NCBI GenBank assembly: GCA_003209955.1
Contig: QCOD01000001.1
Span: 33,330 to 97,329 of the forward strand
Direction: 5' to 3'
DNA: 64,000 nt
From: OCS116 cluster bacterium AG-430-B22
GTDB lineage: Bacteria; Pseudomonadota; Alphaproteobacteria; MED-G09
Made by a program: the position numbers and the translations under genes. How positions within the stretch are numbered: position 1 is the stretch's first letter; each line of letters starts with the position of its first letter. Below are positions 19,093-28,884 of this stretch, piece after piece. Under the pieces are notes generated by a model, which searched no databases, was not told where the DNA came from, and worked only from the letters and a program-made list of their open reading frames with translations.

Positions 19093-20439
19093 TTATTGAG
19101 TTTCAAGAATTCTTTCATTTTTTGTATTTTTTAATTGATCACGAATTTTTGAGTGCATTTCTTCTGTGATAGGATATTTCCATATAATAAATATAGCGGT
19201 TAAAAAGAAGAAAGAGGGTAGTGTAGAAAATAGAAACTTAAGACCAAATAATTGACTCGGACTATTATTAACATCTAACCCTGTATTAAAGTTAATCCAA
19301 GATAATGCTGTTAATGCAAGCCAGGTACCTATAGAGCCTGCTAATTTTGAAGTTAATGACCAAGATGAGAAAAATAAGCCGGATCTATTTTCTCCGCTTT
19401 TTACTGTATCTAAATCAATAACATCTGCCTTCATTGAATTTGGTAATGCTGCAAAACCCCCGGCAGCAAAACCCGTTGTAATGGTAATAGGGAGCATCCA
19501 CCAAAAATCACCTTCACCCAAAAGAAGGTAAAAAGGATGTGCAAACGCAATCATTGCAAAACTGCAAATATATGCCTTATGCTTTCCGATTTGCTTTGAT
19601 AACCAAACCCAAAACGGTACAGCAATGATATTTGTTAGATAAAAAAACGTAAGCATAAATATAGCCATTTCTTCAGCTTTAAGAACATAAGCAATAAAAA
19701 ATAAATATAGTGGAATTGTTATAGAAAAAGCTATTCCTCCAAACATAAAAGCCATTATTAATCTTTTAAATGGAGAGTTTTCCAACATAATTTTGAAACC
19801 CTTAATTGGAGAGATGTTTGATTGAACATAATCCTTAGACTCAGGAACTTTTAATACGGTTAAAAACACACATATAGGCATAATAATTACACTTGCAATC
19901 CCAACGATATATAAAACATTTGTGCTACCGCCAAGACCAAAAAAAACGAGAGCTATAGTTGGGATAAGTTGAGCGCTTAGACTACCAACTACTCCAGAAA
20001 TTGATCTCCACCCTGTAATTCTCGATCTTTCATTATAATCTGGCGATAGCTCGGCACCCCAAGCATAGTAGGGTATAATGAGCATGGTTGTTCCTATTGA
20101 AAGAAGAAACATCCATAAAAATAGATGAAGAGCTCCAGCTCCTTCAGGAGGAATAAAGAGCATATAAATACTTACCATTAGTAAGGGTGTAGCTATTGCA
20201 ATCCATGGTCTTCTTCTTCCCCATTTTGTATTAGTTCGGTCATTGATGTAACCAACTACTGGGTCAGTAAAAACATCAAAAATACGGACCGCTAAAATGA
20301 TATTTGCTGCTAAGGCTAAAGGAACTCCCATTTCACCAGTGTAAAATTTAGGGATAAAAACAAGGATAGGAAAAAGGGCAATATTTATAGGCATCTCTGC
20401 CAAGCTGTAATAAAACAAAGTTGATTTTTTTAATTTCAA
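19093..20439 (-). CDS. MFS transporter, GPH:cation symporter family (paralog of the adjacent gene)
   Basis: DRTNTKWGRRRPW signature; 12 TM-like segments. Confidence 0.7.
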   Translation of the reverse strand: MKLKKSTLFYYSLAEMPINIALFPILVFIPKFYTGEMGVPLALAANIILAVRIFDVFTDPVVGYINDRTNTKWGRRRPWIAIATPLLMVSIYMLFIPPEGAGALHLFLWMFLLSIGTTMLIIPYYAWGAELSPDYNERSRITGWRSISGVVGSLSAQLIPTIALVFFGLGGSTNVLYIVGIASVIIMPICVFLTVLKVPESKDYVQSNISPIKGFKIMLENSPFKRLIMAFMFGGIAFSITIPLYLFFIAYVLKAEEMAIFMLTFFYLTNIIAVPFWVWLSKQIGKHKAYICSFAMIAFAHPFYLLLGEGDFWWMLPITITTGFAAGGFAALPNSMKADVIDLDTVKSGENRSGLFFSSWSLTSKLAGSIGTWLALTALSWINFNTGLDVNNSPSQLFGLKFLFSTLPSFFFLTAIFIIWKYPITEEMHSKIRDQLKNTKNERILETQ

Positions 20440-20470
20440 TTTTCCCTCAAAGTCATGAATAAATTTATAT

Positions 20471-21256
20471 TTAATCTTTATCGAGCATGGTGTCGTGATT
20501 CCACCAAGCTAAATCCGAAAATGCTCTGATATCTATTTCATGAGTCCAAGTCGATCTATGCTGTTGAGCTATATGATAATATGTATCTGCAATTTTTTCT
20601 GGAAGTATTAATCCGTCATTTTCCATACCCTTTGTTTCTCGCATTTTTTGATATAATTCTGGTCCAAGCAATTTACCTAAAGTATCTGGTGCATCTACAG
20701 CTCCATCAATTACTACATGGGCAACATGTATTCCTTGGGAAGCAAATTCAGCATTTAGAGATTGACAAAGCATTCTTCTTGCACCCATTGCAGCTGCATG
20801 TGAGTGTTGTGTTTTATTTCCTCTCATTGCCGCAGTTGCAGAAGTTACAATTATATTACCTTTTTTTCTTTCGACCATCAAAGGACATAAAACCTTAGCA
20901 ATCCTGAACAAACCAAAACTTGCCATTCTCCAACCTAACTCAAATTCTTTATGAGTTGTTTGATGAAGTAATTTCATTCCAGTCTGAGCGCCTAAATTAT
21001 AGATTAGAACCTCAATTGGACCTATGTCTCTTTCTATAGAGACAATTAAGTCTTCCAATACATTATCATCAACAGCATTAAGAAGGGATCCTGATGCTTT
21101 ACCACCATTTTCTTCAATATTACCAATTAAACGATCAAGACCTTCTTTATCACTTCTTCGACATAAATATGAGTGATATCCTTCTTTCGCAAATTTTGCA
21201 GCAACAGTTCCTCCGATCCCTGCTCCTGCACCAAGAACTAGACATACAGGTTTCAT
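20471..21256 (-). CDS. short-chain dehydrogenase/reductase (SDR)
   Basis: VLGAGAGIGGTVAAKFAKEG Rossmann motif; NLGA; Y..xK. Confidence 0.8.
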   Translation of the reverse strand: MKPVCLVLGAGAGIGGTVAAKFAKEGYHSYLCRRSDKEGLDRLIGNIEENGGKASGSLLNAVDDNVLEDLIVSIERDIGPIEVLIYNLGAQTGMKLLHQTTHKEFELGWRMASFGLFRIAKVLCPLMVERKKGNIIVTSATAAMRGNKTQHSHAAAMGARRMLCQSLNAEFASQGIHVAHVVIDGAVDAPDTLGKLLGPELYQKMRETKGMENDGLILPEKIADTYYHIAQQHRSTWTHEIDIRAFSDLAWWNHDTMLDKD

Positions 21257-21265
21257 TTTTACTCC

Positions 21266-21874
21266 TTATTTTTTTGGTTCTGATTCTTTTTGATACTTAT
21301 AATAATCTTCAACAGGAATCATTACATGTGCCCATATTGTTTTTGGAAACATCACATAAGGGGCGCCATTTGTAAAATCAGCATTCATATTGTCCAAACT
21401 AGATGGGTCCTTTGGCATAAGCATCAAATGTGGACCAGACTCAATCCATTGACCTGGTGTGCTATCTTTTTCATTTAATATACCAGCCTTAGAGTTGTCC
21501 TCTCCTACATCACCATGAAGCATCCACATCCAGCCATCATTATCAAGTTGAGGTGTCTTACCCTGCATATATGCCATCATCCATTTGATTGCTTCTTTAT
21601 CGGAACATGCTGGCATAGCTTCATGAACATCCTTCCAGCCTTCTTTAGGAAAAGGTCTAGGATTGCCTGCCTGGCATGTCCAACCATTGGTTCCTTCCCT
21701 AAGTATTTTACCATCTCCACCTATAATTGTTGCAAAATCACCAATAAATGAAGGAGCCGCGCTTGAGTAAGCTTTAATCTGCCATTCATCAGAACTGTTT
21801 TTTTCTCCAGCATAAGTTTCGGTTAATGAAAGTAAAAATAAAACTACAAAAGTGAATAGAATAAATTTTTTCAT
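21266..21874 (-). CDS. hypothetical secreted protein
   Basis: Signal peptide MKKFILFTFVVLFLLSLTETYA; Trp/Met-rich mature region, 4 Cys; no recognised motif. Confidence 0.4.
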   Translation of the reverse strand: MKKFILFTFVVLFLLSLTETYAGEKNSSDEWQIKAYSSAAPSFIGDFATIIGGDGKILREGTNGWTCQAGNPRPFPKEGWKDVHEAMPACSDKEAIKWMMAYMQGKTPQLDNDGWMWMLHGDVGEDNSKAGILNEKDSTPGQWIESGPHLMLMPKDPSSLDNMNADFTNGAPYVMFPKTIWAHVMIPVEDYYKYQKESEPKK

Positions 21875-21965
21875 AATTTTTGACCTCTTTTAAAATATTA
21901 AAAATATTTTAAATAAATAAATAACTTAAACAATTAAATTATGAAAATAGATCAACTAATATTAC

Positions 21966-23204
21966 CTAATTAGTTATTAAATCTTCTTCTTTATGAATAA
22001 AAAACCGAGAAATAATAATCATGCCAATATTAAATAATGCATGAATAGCTAATACTTGAGCAGCCAATAGCTCAATTGATATAATTCCTGAATAAATTAT
22101 AGATAAAACCAATACAGACCTAATAGATTCATAAATGATAGTGTTAACCTTATTTGATAAAACTAGAGAAATTATTATTGATGAGAGAAAAAGAGAAATA
22201 CCAAAGATGGCAGTCTCTAAGAAATTTTGACTTTTTAGAGTGAAAAAAACTACAAGTGTCATAAAAGGAATAAAAATCAATTGTATCCAAACAAATTTCA
22301 TAAGGTTAGGGGATATTTTTGGATCAAATTTATCATTTTGATCAATATTTCTATAAGGGAATTTCTTTTCAACATCTTCTGGACGCCAATTAGTCCTTGA
22401 AAACCAAACTTTTATTTTATCTCTCCAATTTTTTGTACGGTATGAGTCTTTCGCCATATTAATAAATACTTCAATATTTGCCCATAAAGGATTCCAACTT
22501 CTTAATGCTTTAACAGTTCCGTATACAGGCTTTAAGTCATCTCTTTCTTCACAATATGTCCCAAAAAATCTATCCCATATAATAAAAACACCTCCGTAAT
22601 TTTTATCGACATACTCAGGATTCTTAGCGTGATGTATTCTATGGTTACTTGGAGTTATAAAATACCTTTCATACCATCCTAATTTACCAATATGTTCTGT
22701 ATGAACCCAAAATTGGTAAATCAGATTTAAACCTCCTACAGCAACAAATACAGGTGAAGGTATCCCAACAAGAAGAATTGGTACAAAAAATATCCACTTC
22801 CATAAAAAACCTGTACTAGTTTGTCTTAATGCCGTTGAAAGATTAAATTCTTCTCCATGATGATGAACAACATGTGTTGCCCAGAGAAATTTATATTCAT
22901 GATGCAATCTATGCATCCAGTAATATAAAAAATCATATAAAAAAAATGCAAAAATCCATGTAAATGGTGAGTTAATAGATAATTGAAAGAGATTCATATT
23001 TATAGCAACATATGAAAATGTAAGACCTTGAAATCCAAGGTTTAATATTGTTGGAAATCTACTGATTAAGCCGATATTGATACTCGTAATTGTATCATTT
23101 AATCTATAATTATTTTTACCTTTTACATAACCGTAAAGTAATTCAATACAGATCATTAAAAAGAAAATAGGAATAGCTAAAAATATGAGAAATGATTTAT
23201 CCAT
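21966..23204 (-). CDS. fatty-acid hydroxylase superfamily (sterol desaturase/C-5 or C-4 methyl oxidase-like) membrane protein with an approximately 140-aa C-terminal membrane extension
   Basis: Three His boxes HRLHHEYKF, HVVHHHGEEFN and HRIHH in a polytopic membrane protein; extra hydrophobic C-terminal segments after residue about 270. Confidence 0.7.
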   Translation of the reverse strand: MDKSFLIFLAIPIFFLMICIELLYGYVKGKNNYRLNDTITSINIGLISRFPTILNLGFQGLTFSYVAINMNLFQLSINSPFTWIFAFFLYDFLYYWMHRLHHEYKFLWATHVVHHHGEEFNLSTALRQTSTGFLWKWIFFVPILLVGIPSPVFVAVGGLNLIYQFWVHTEHIGKLGWYERYFITPSNHRIHHAKNPEYVDKNYGGVFIIWDRFFGTYCEERDDLKPVYGTVKALRSWNPLWANIEVFINMAKDSYRTKNWRDKIKVWFSRTNWRPEDVEKKFPYRNIDQNDKFDPKISPNLMKFVWIQLIFIPFMTLVVFFTLKSQNFLETAIFGISLFLSSIIISLVLSNKVNTIIYESIRSVLVLSIIYSGIISIELLAAQVLAIHALFNIGMIIISRFFIHKEEDLITN

Positions 23205-23268
23205 GATTTTTCTTTAATTTTTCATTTTTTATATAATATTTGTTAAATTGTAAACAAAGGGAAATATT

Positions 23269-24204
23269 ATGGCTGTAAAATTACCAGATTCAAATGATGA
23301 AAATTGCCTAATTCTTTTTGAAAAAGTTGAAAAGGATTTATTTTCCTATTCTGATAGGATTAAAATTAAAAATATTGATCAAAAATTTTTCAAAGAAATA
23401 GTAATTCCTATAGCTGTATATCTAAATTCGTTAGAAAAGACTGCTAAACCATTATTGATAGGCCTTACAGGCGGGCAAGGTTCAGGTAAAACAACATTAT
23501 CTGACTTTGTTCAGTTGGCCTTAAAAAAAGGATTTAAAAAAAGAACTACAGGCTTCTCAATTGATGACATATACAAATCTCAAAATGATAGAGAATTACT
23601 TGGAAAAAAAATTCATTCTATGTGTAAAGTCAGGGGTGTACCTGGCACTCATGATGTTGACCTTGCTATAAAGACAATAGATTCCTTAAATTTTGCCACA
23701 AATGAAATGATTACATCAATTCCTGTATTTTCTAAGCCATTAGATAAGCATTTACCAGAGAGCGAATGGGTGCAATATAAAGGAAAACCAGATTTTATTT
23801 TTTTTGATGGATGGTTTTGCGGAGCTAAGCCAATTTCTGAAAAAAATTGGTCACCACCTTTAAACGAACTAGAAGAAAAACAAGATCCAGATGGAGTTTG
23901 GTCAAAGTGGTATAATAGAGAATTATCGGGAGATTATCAGGAATTGTTTAACAGTTTTGATATATTGCTCATGATTAAGGTACCAAGCATGGAACATATT
24001 TTTGAAAGTAGATGGATACAAGAAAAAACTCTTGAAAAAAATCTTACTGATCCAGAAATGAAAAAGAAAATTATGACAAAAGAAGAAGTTATTCATTTTG
24101 TTATGCATTATGAAAGGTTAACAAGATATGTTTTGGAAGAAATACCAAAATTTGCTGATATAGTATTGTATAGGGATAATGAATTTAATTTTAAACAAAT
24201 GTAA
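23269..24204 (+). CDS. P-loop kinase, glycerate-3-kinase (GLYK)/TDA10-like, PRK/URK superfamily
   Basis: Walker A LIGLTGGQGSGKTTLS; length and downstream hydrophobic and Asp motifs fit the plant/yeast-type glycerate kinase family; substrate uncertain. Confidence 0.4.
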   Translation: MAVKLPDSNDENCLILFEKVEKDLFSYSDRIKIKNIDQKFFKEIVIPIAVYLNSLEKTAKPLLIGLTGGQGSGKTTLSDFVQLALKKGFKKRTTGFSIDDIYKSQNDRELLGKKIHSMCKVRGVPGTHDVDLAIKTIDSLNFATNEMITSIPVFSKPLDKHLPESEWVQYKGKPDFIFFDGWFCGAKPISEKNWSPPLNELEEKQDPDGVWSKWYNRELSGDYQELFNSFDILLMIKVPSMEHIFESRWIQEKTLEKNLTDPEMKKKIMTKEEVIHFVMHYERLTRYVLEEIPKFADIVLYRDNEFNFKQM

Positions 24205-24212
24205 GGGAAGCT

Positions 24213-24803
24213 ATGGAAGAGAATAATTTACCAAAAATTATTAGGGCACAAAAACAGCAAAAAGATAAAATAAAAGGCGTTTTAAAACTTGGATTTTCAT
24301 CTGATCCTTTAATAAGATGGGTGTTTCCTGATCCAAATATTTATTTAGTAAATTTTGATACATGGATGGAAGAATTTTCAAAAATATCTTTTTCTAATGA
24401 TGTAGTATTTGCCGAAGAAAATTTTCATGGAGCTTCACTATGGCATCCACCTGGTTTTGAATTTGATGAAACATGTTTATATCCAACACTAGAATGGATG
24501 ACAGAGGAGAGAATTGAATTTGTAAGTCAGTTTTTTGAGGAATTCTCAAATTACCATCCCGATGATGCCTGGTATTTGGCTTTTATTGGCGTCGATCCAT
24601 CAAAACAAGGTCTTGGTGTTGGTTCCTTTATATTAAAAGAAGCCCTCAAAACGATTGATGAAAGAGGCGAGAGAGCATATTTAGAATCTTCTAATCCTCG
24701 AAATATGTCGCTCTATGAAAGGCATGGTTTTGAAAGTATGGGTAAAGTTCAAATTGGCGACTCTCCGCCTGCACACCCTATGATAAGAGAGCCAAGGAAA
24801 TAA
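24213..24803 (+). CDS. GNAT family N-acetyltransferase
   Basis: Acetyl-CoA binding motif A: FIGVDPSKQGLGVGSFILKEAL. Confidence 0.75.
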   Translation: MEENNLPKIIRAQKQQKDKIKGVLKLGFSSDPLIRWVFPDPNIYLVNFDTWMEEFSKISFSNDVVFAEENFHGASLWHPPGFEFDETCLYPTLEWMTEERIEFVSQFFEEFSNYHPDDAWYLAFIGVDPSKQGLGVGSFILKEALKTIDERGERAYLESSNPRNMSLYERHGFESMGKVQIGDSPPAHPMIREPRK

Positions 24804-24872
24804 AGTTGTTGTTGAGTATTTAAATACATTCTGTAATATTGATGTCATTATTTAGGATTAAGGGAGATACAT

Positions 24873-25571
24873 ATGTCAAATATATTAATTGTTGGTGCTA
24901 CGAGAGGAATTGGGCTTGAATTAACAAAGCAGTATTCCGATGAAGGAAGCTCTGTAATTGCCTGTGCTAGAGATAAAGCCAATGCTTCTTTACTTGACGA
25001 AATTGCTTCAGGATCAGAAAATATTTCTATCGAACAGCTTGATATTGCAAATCCCTCATCGATTGACGCTGCTGCAACTAATATAGGAGATAGTGTTATA
25101 GATACTGTAATAATAGTTGCAGGTGATGTTGGAGGAGATCCAATGGAACAACAATCACTTGATAATATAGATATAGATCAGTGGCATAAAACTCTTGATA
25201 TAAACACAATTGGCCCACTTTTGGTTGCGAAAGCATTTAAAAGCAATTTAGTTGCTTCGGGTAATGGAAACCTAATGATACTTTCCAGTCAGTTAGGCGC
25301 TTCTACATGGCCAATGGGTGGAATGTATATATATTCAACCACTAAAGCTGCAGTTGGTAAAGTCGGTAAAATATTATCTCTTGATTGGGCTGAAGATCCA
25401 ATAACTGTGTCAATCATGCATCCAGGATGGGTTCAAACGGATATGGGTGGACCAGGGGCAGAAATAACAGCAGAAGAAAGTGCATCTGGCATTAGGAATG
25501 TGATTAGCGGACTAACAAAAGAAGATTCTGGCAATTTTTATAAATGGAATGGCGATATTCATCCTTGGTAG
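24873..25571 (+). CDS. short-chain dehydrogenase/reductase (SDR, C-factor/CsgA-like subgroup)
   Basis: LIVGATRGIGLEL motif; YSTTKAA catalytic Y..xK. Confidence 0.75.
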   Translation: MSNILIVGATRGIGLELTKQYSDEGSSVIACARDKANASLLDEIASGSENISIEQLDIANPSSIDAAATNIGDSVIDTVIIVAGDVGGDPMEQQSLDNIDIDQWHKTLDINTIGPLLVAKAFKSNLVASGNGNLMILSSQLGASTWPMGGMYIYSTTKAAVGKVGKILSLDWAEDPITVSIMHPGWVQTDMGGPGAEITAEESASGIRNVISGLTKEDSGNFYKWNGDIHPW

Positions 25572-25603
25572 TCTATAATTCTGTGATTTAAGAATTTATT
25601 TAA

Positions 25604-26725
25604 TTAGATATTAACAATTATCCCTTCATTTGGATTTATATTACCTTGAATAACTTCATCATAAGTATCTAAAAAATTATTTAATCCTGAAACTTCTTTA
25701 ATGTTCATCCAATTTTTGCTTTGTTCGGCTCTAGCATCCATAAAAGATGTTGTTTTTTTATTGTAACCATCTGTTCCCCAGTCACTTATTCTTTTTTGGA
25801 TATGATCTGGAGCAAAAAAGAACTCAGTTCTATCTCTATTCATGAGTTGACCCATTGCATCATCAGCTGTTGTTTCATTATCCCAATGTGTCATACCAAC
25901 TGTAATACACTTAAGCATGTGATTTCCAAGTGAGCTATGAAGTTTTCCTAGTATTTCTCTATTACCAGCCATATCGACCATTACACTAGAATTATTAATA
26001 TTTATATCACCAAGGTCATCATAATAATAAATCTGATCATATGAATTTAAGCTTTTTACAAATTCAGAATTTCTTTTTGAAGTTAACCCAATAATTTCAG
26101 GTTTTCTCTCCTCACTTTGTAAACCTTGAGCAAGACCAATAGCTGTTTTACTAGATGCACTCACTATGATCACCTGTTCAGCCCCTAAATAATTTTCATT
26201 TTGAAGATAATCACATAAACAAAAAGATGTTACATGAAGTGGAAATAAAAGAGCTCTTATCTTGTCATTATTCTTATTATAATTGTTTTCATTGTTTAAT
26301 CTTATGTAATTATTGTAAACTGGAGGTAATTCTTTTCGATGTTCTTCGCCATCTATAAAAGTTTTTTGTGAAATTTTTATCGGTTTCAAAGTCAAAATAT
26401 TAGATGCTGGAAAATAACCAAAAAGTCTTTCTCCGACTTGTAATTCTTTATTATTTGAGTACTTTATTTCAGCAAAACCCCACATTGGTATGCATCCCCA
26501 AATGTTCTCAGGATCACTCATGGTTGGGAAAAATTGCCAGTAACCCATCATTTCGCCTGCAACACCGTATGTAACATTGTTAGATGTGAAAGCAAAATTT
26601 TCAATTTGAACTATTATTTCTCCATTTTTTAAATCATCCAAATTAATATCATTTGTAACAATTCTTCTTTGCGTTAAATTTTTTTTTGATGTTTGTAACT
26701 CTTCTTTGATAAGACTCATAACCAA
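25604..26725 (-). CDS. conserved hypothetical protein (possibly DUF2855-like)
   Basis: 373 aa, soluble, no motif I can name confidently. Confidence 0.3.
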   Translation of the reverse strand: MVMSLIKEELQTSKKNLTQRRIVTNDINLDDLKNGEIIVQIENFAFTSNNVTYGVAGEMMGYWQFFPTMSDPENIWGCIPMWGFAEIKYSNNKELQVGERLFGYFPASNILTLKPIKISQKTFIDGEEHRKELPPVYNNYIRLNNENNYNKNNDKIRALLFPLHVTSFCLCDYLQNENYLGAEQVIIVSASSKTAIGLAQGLQSEERKPEIIGLTSKRNSEFVKSLNSYDQIYYYDDLGDININNSSVMVDMAGNREILGKLHSSLGNHMLKCITVGMTHWDNETTADDAMGQLMNRDRTEFFFAPDHIQKRISDWGTDGYNKKTTSFMDARAEQSKNWMNIKEVSGLNNFLDTYDEVIQGNINPNEGIIVNI

Positions 26726-26770
26726 CCTTTATTACTTGTTATTTTTTATTATAGATAGGAGTATATATTA

Positions 26771-27814
26771 TTGGAAAATAAAAACAAAATAACGATAATT
26801 GGAGTACCAGCATCACCCTACACTAGAAAAATGCTAGCTGCTTTAAGGTATAGAAATATTCAGCATTCCGTAATTTGGGGTAATGCCAAAGAAATATTAA
26901 ATTCGATGGGCTTGGAGACTCCCAAACCCACACTTTTACCAGTAGTTTTATTGAATAATGGCAGTGAAGTTAAAGCTATTTGTGATACAACACCTATAAT
27001 AAGAAAACTTGAGGTTAGTAAGTCTGAAAGAGGTATTATTCCGAAAAATAAATCTCTTGCTTTATTAAATTCAATTCTTGAAGATTTTGGCGATGAATGG
27101 GTAACTAAATACATGTTCCATTATCGATGGCATTTTCAAAGGGATATTGATAATGCTGGCAATATATTGCCTCTTCTTCACTCAGTGAGCTTAGAAGAAA
27201 AAACTCATAAAGATTTTAAAAAATATATTACTGATTTGCAGATAAGTAGATTATGGGTTGTTGGTTCCAACGAAAAAACTGCAGATATTATTGAAAGAAG
27301 TTATAAAAGATTTCTAGTATTATTAGAAAATCATTTTGAAACTACCCCCTTTTTATTTGGTGATAAGCCTTTATCATCAGATTTTGCTTTTTATGGACAA
27401 ATGACCCAACTCATTGGCTTTGATCCAACGTCAAGAGAAATAGCTCTTGAGTTATCACCTAGAGCTGTTGCTTGGGTTGATATTATGGAAGATTTATCAG
27501 GTTTTGATGAAGACTCAAGTCATCTTTTATCAATTGAAAATCTTCCAGAAACAACCTTTTCCATTTTTGAGGAATTGAGTCATGGATATGTACCTGCAAT
27601 GATTGCAAATTCAATAGCTTTTAAAAAAGGTCAAGAAACTTGGTCAACAAAAATTGATAATCAAATATGGGAACAAAAAACATTTCCTTATCAAGCTAAG
27701 TGCCTAGAATGGATTAGAGAAGAATTTAATGAGCTTGAGCAAGATGACAAGACAAAGGTTTTTAATTTTTTAACAAAAATGGGCTGTGAAAAATTACTGA
27801 TCAATAAGGAGTAA
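26771..27814 (+). CDS. glutathione S-transferase-like protein (thioredoxin-fold N-terminus, long C-terminal domain)
   Basis: ITIIGVPASPYTRKMLAALRY...LLPVV resembles a GST N-terminal domain; 347 aa; first gene of a tight + strand operon. Confidence 0.45.
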   Translation: MENKNKITIIGVPASPYTRKMLAALRYRNIQHSVIWGNAKEILNSMGLETPKPTLLPVVLLNNGSEVKAICDTTPIIRKLEVSKSERGIIPKNKSLALLNSILEDFGDEWVTKYMFHYRWHFQRDIDNAGNILPLLHSVSLEEKTHKDFKKYITDLQISRLWVVGSNEKTADIIERSYKRFLVLLENHFETTPFLFGDKPLSSDFAFYGQMTQLIGFDPTSREIALELSPRAVAWVDIMEDLSGFDEDSSHLLSIENLPETTFSIFEELSHGYVPAMIANSIAFKKGQETWSTKIDNQIWEQKTFPYQAKCLEWIREEFNELEQDDKTKVFNFLTKMGCEKLLINKE

Positions 27815-27816
27815 AT

Positions 27817-28884
27817 ATGAAAATATTGAGAACACCTGATAAAAGTTTTGATGTAATAACCGATTTTCCTTATGAACCATGTTATACCAATATTAAGACT
27901 AAAGATGGTAGTGAATTAAGAATACATCACATAGATGAAGGGCCTAAAGATGGACCTATTCTATTGGCAATGCATGGCCAACCAGTTTGGTGTTATCTCT
28001 ACTCAAGAATGATACCCTTCTTAACAAAAGCTGGAATAAGAGTAATCGCCCCTGATTTACCGGGTTATGGAAAGTCTGATAAGCCGGCTTCAAGATCTGA
28101 TTACAGTTATCAAAATCAAGTTGATTGGATGGTGGACTGGTTAAATGCTAATGATTTTAAAGATATAACTTTCTTTGGACAGGATTGGGGTGGGCTAATT
28201 GGGTTAAGAGTAGTTGCGAGGGAGTCACATAGATTTTCAAAGGTTTCAATGGGTAATACCGGACTTCCCTATAATCCAGATGCACCAGAAGAGGTTGTTA
28301 AGGAAATAAAAACCTTTAGAGAGAGTGATATAAAGCTATACCCATTATCTATGGCTAAACAAGTGAGAGAAATGGATAATGGTAAATTACATCCTGGATT
28401 AAAATTTATGTACTGGCAGAAATTTTGTTGGGATACGGAAGATCTTCCCATTGGTTTTATACAATCTATGCAAATGGAAAAGAGGTCACTAATTTCAACA
28501 ATTATAAATTATATATTTATATTATTAGGAAAATATAGTGCTTCTCCTTTCAAGTCATATATAGCAAAAGCATACGAGGCACCATTTCCAGACCCAAGCT
28601 ACAAAATGGGCCCTAGAGCAATGCCAAGTCAAGTACCTATAATTCCTGATCAATCTCTTGAAGAGCAAAGGAAAGCAAGAGAATTTTTTAGTAAATGGGA
28701 TAAACCTTTTCTGAGTGTTTTTGCAGGTGATGATCCTGTAACAAATGGAATTGAACAAGATGTATTAAATATGTGTCCAAATGCAAAAAGCGCACCTCAT
28801 ATTGGTGGTGGCCATTTTTTTCAATGGAAAAGGTCTAAAAAACTTTCAGAGATTCTAATAGACTTTATCAAGGAAAATAAATGA
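27817..28884 (+). CDS. haloalkane dehalogenase, HLD-I subfamily (DhlA-like alpha/beta hydrolase)
   Basis: Recalled alignment to Xanthobacter DhlA: LRTPDKSF...HGQPVWCYLYSRMIP...RVIAPDLPGYGKSDKP; nucleophile and halide-binding context FGQDWGG (Asp-Trp); AYEAPFPDPSYK; catalytic acid region GDDPV and His in GGGHFFQ. Confidence 0.8.
   Translation: MKILRTPDKSFDVITDFPYEPCYTNIKTKDGSELRIHHIDEGPKDGPILLAMHGQPVWCYLYSRMIPFLTKAGIRVIAPDLPGYGKSDKPASRSDYSYQNQVDWMVDWLNANDFKDITFFGQDWGGLIGLRVVARESHRFSKVSMGNTGLPYNPDAPEEVVKEIKTFRESDIKLYPLSMAKQVREMDNGKLHPGLKFMYWQKFCWDTEDLPIGFIQSMQMEKRSLISTIINYIFILLGKYSASPFKSYIAKAYEAPFPDPSYKMGPRAMPSQVPIIPDQSLEEQRKAREFFSKWDKPFLSVFAGDDPVTNGIEQDVLNMCPNAKSAPHIGGGHFFQWKRSKKLSEILIDFIKENK

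Noticed and set aside
20581-21478. Antisense ORFs (20581-20898 +, 21094-21375 +, 21290-21478 +) overlapping the SDR and secreted-protein genes
   Set aside because: They lie opposite well-supported CDSs, have Leu/Phe/Gln-rich low-complexity translations typical of AT-rich antisense frames, and have no RBS.
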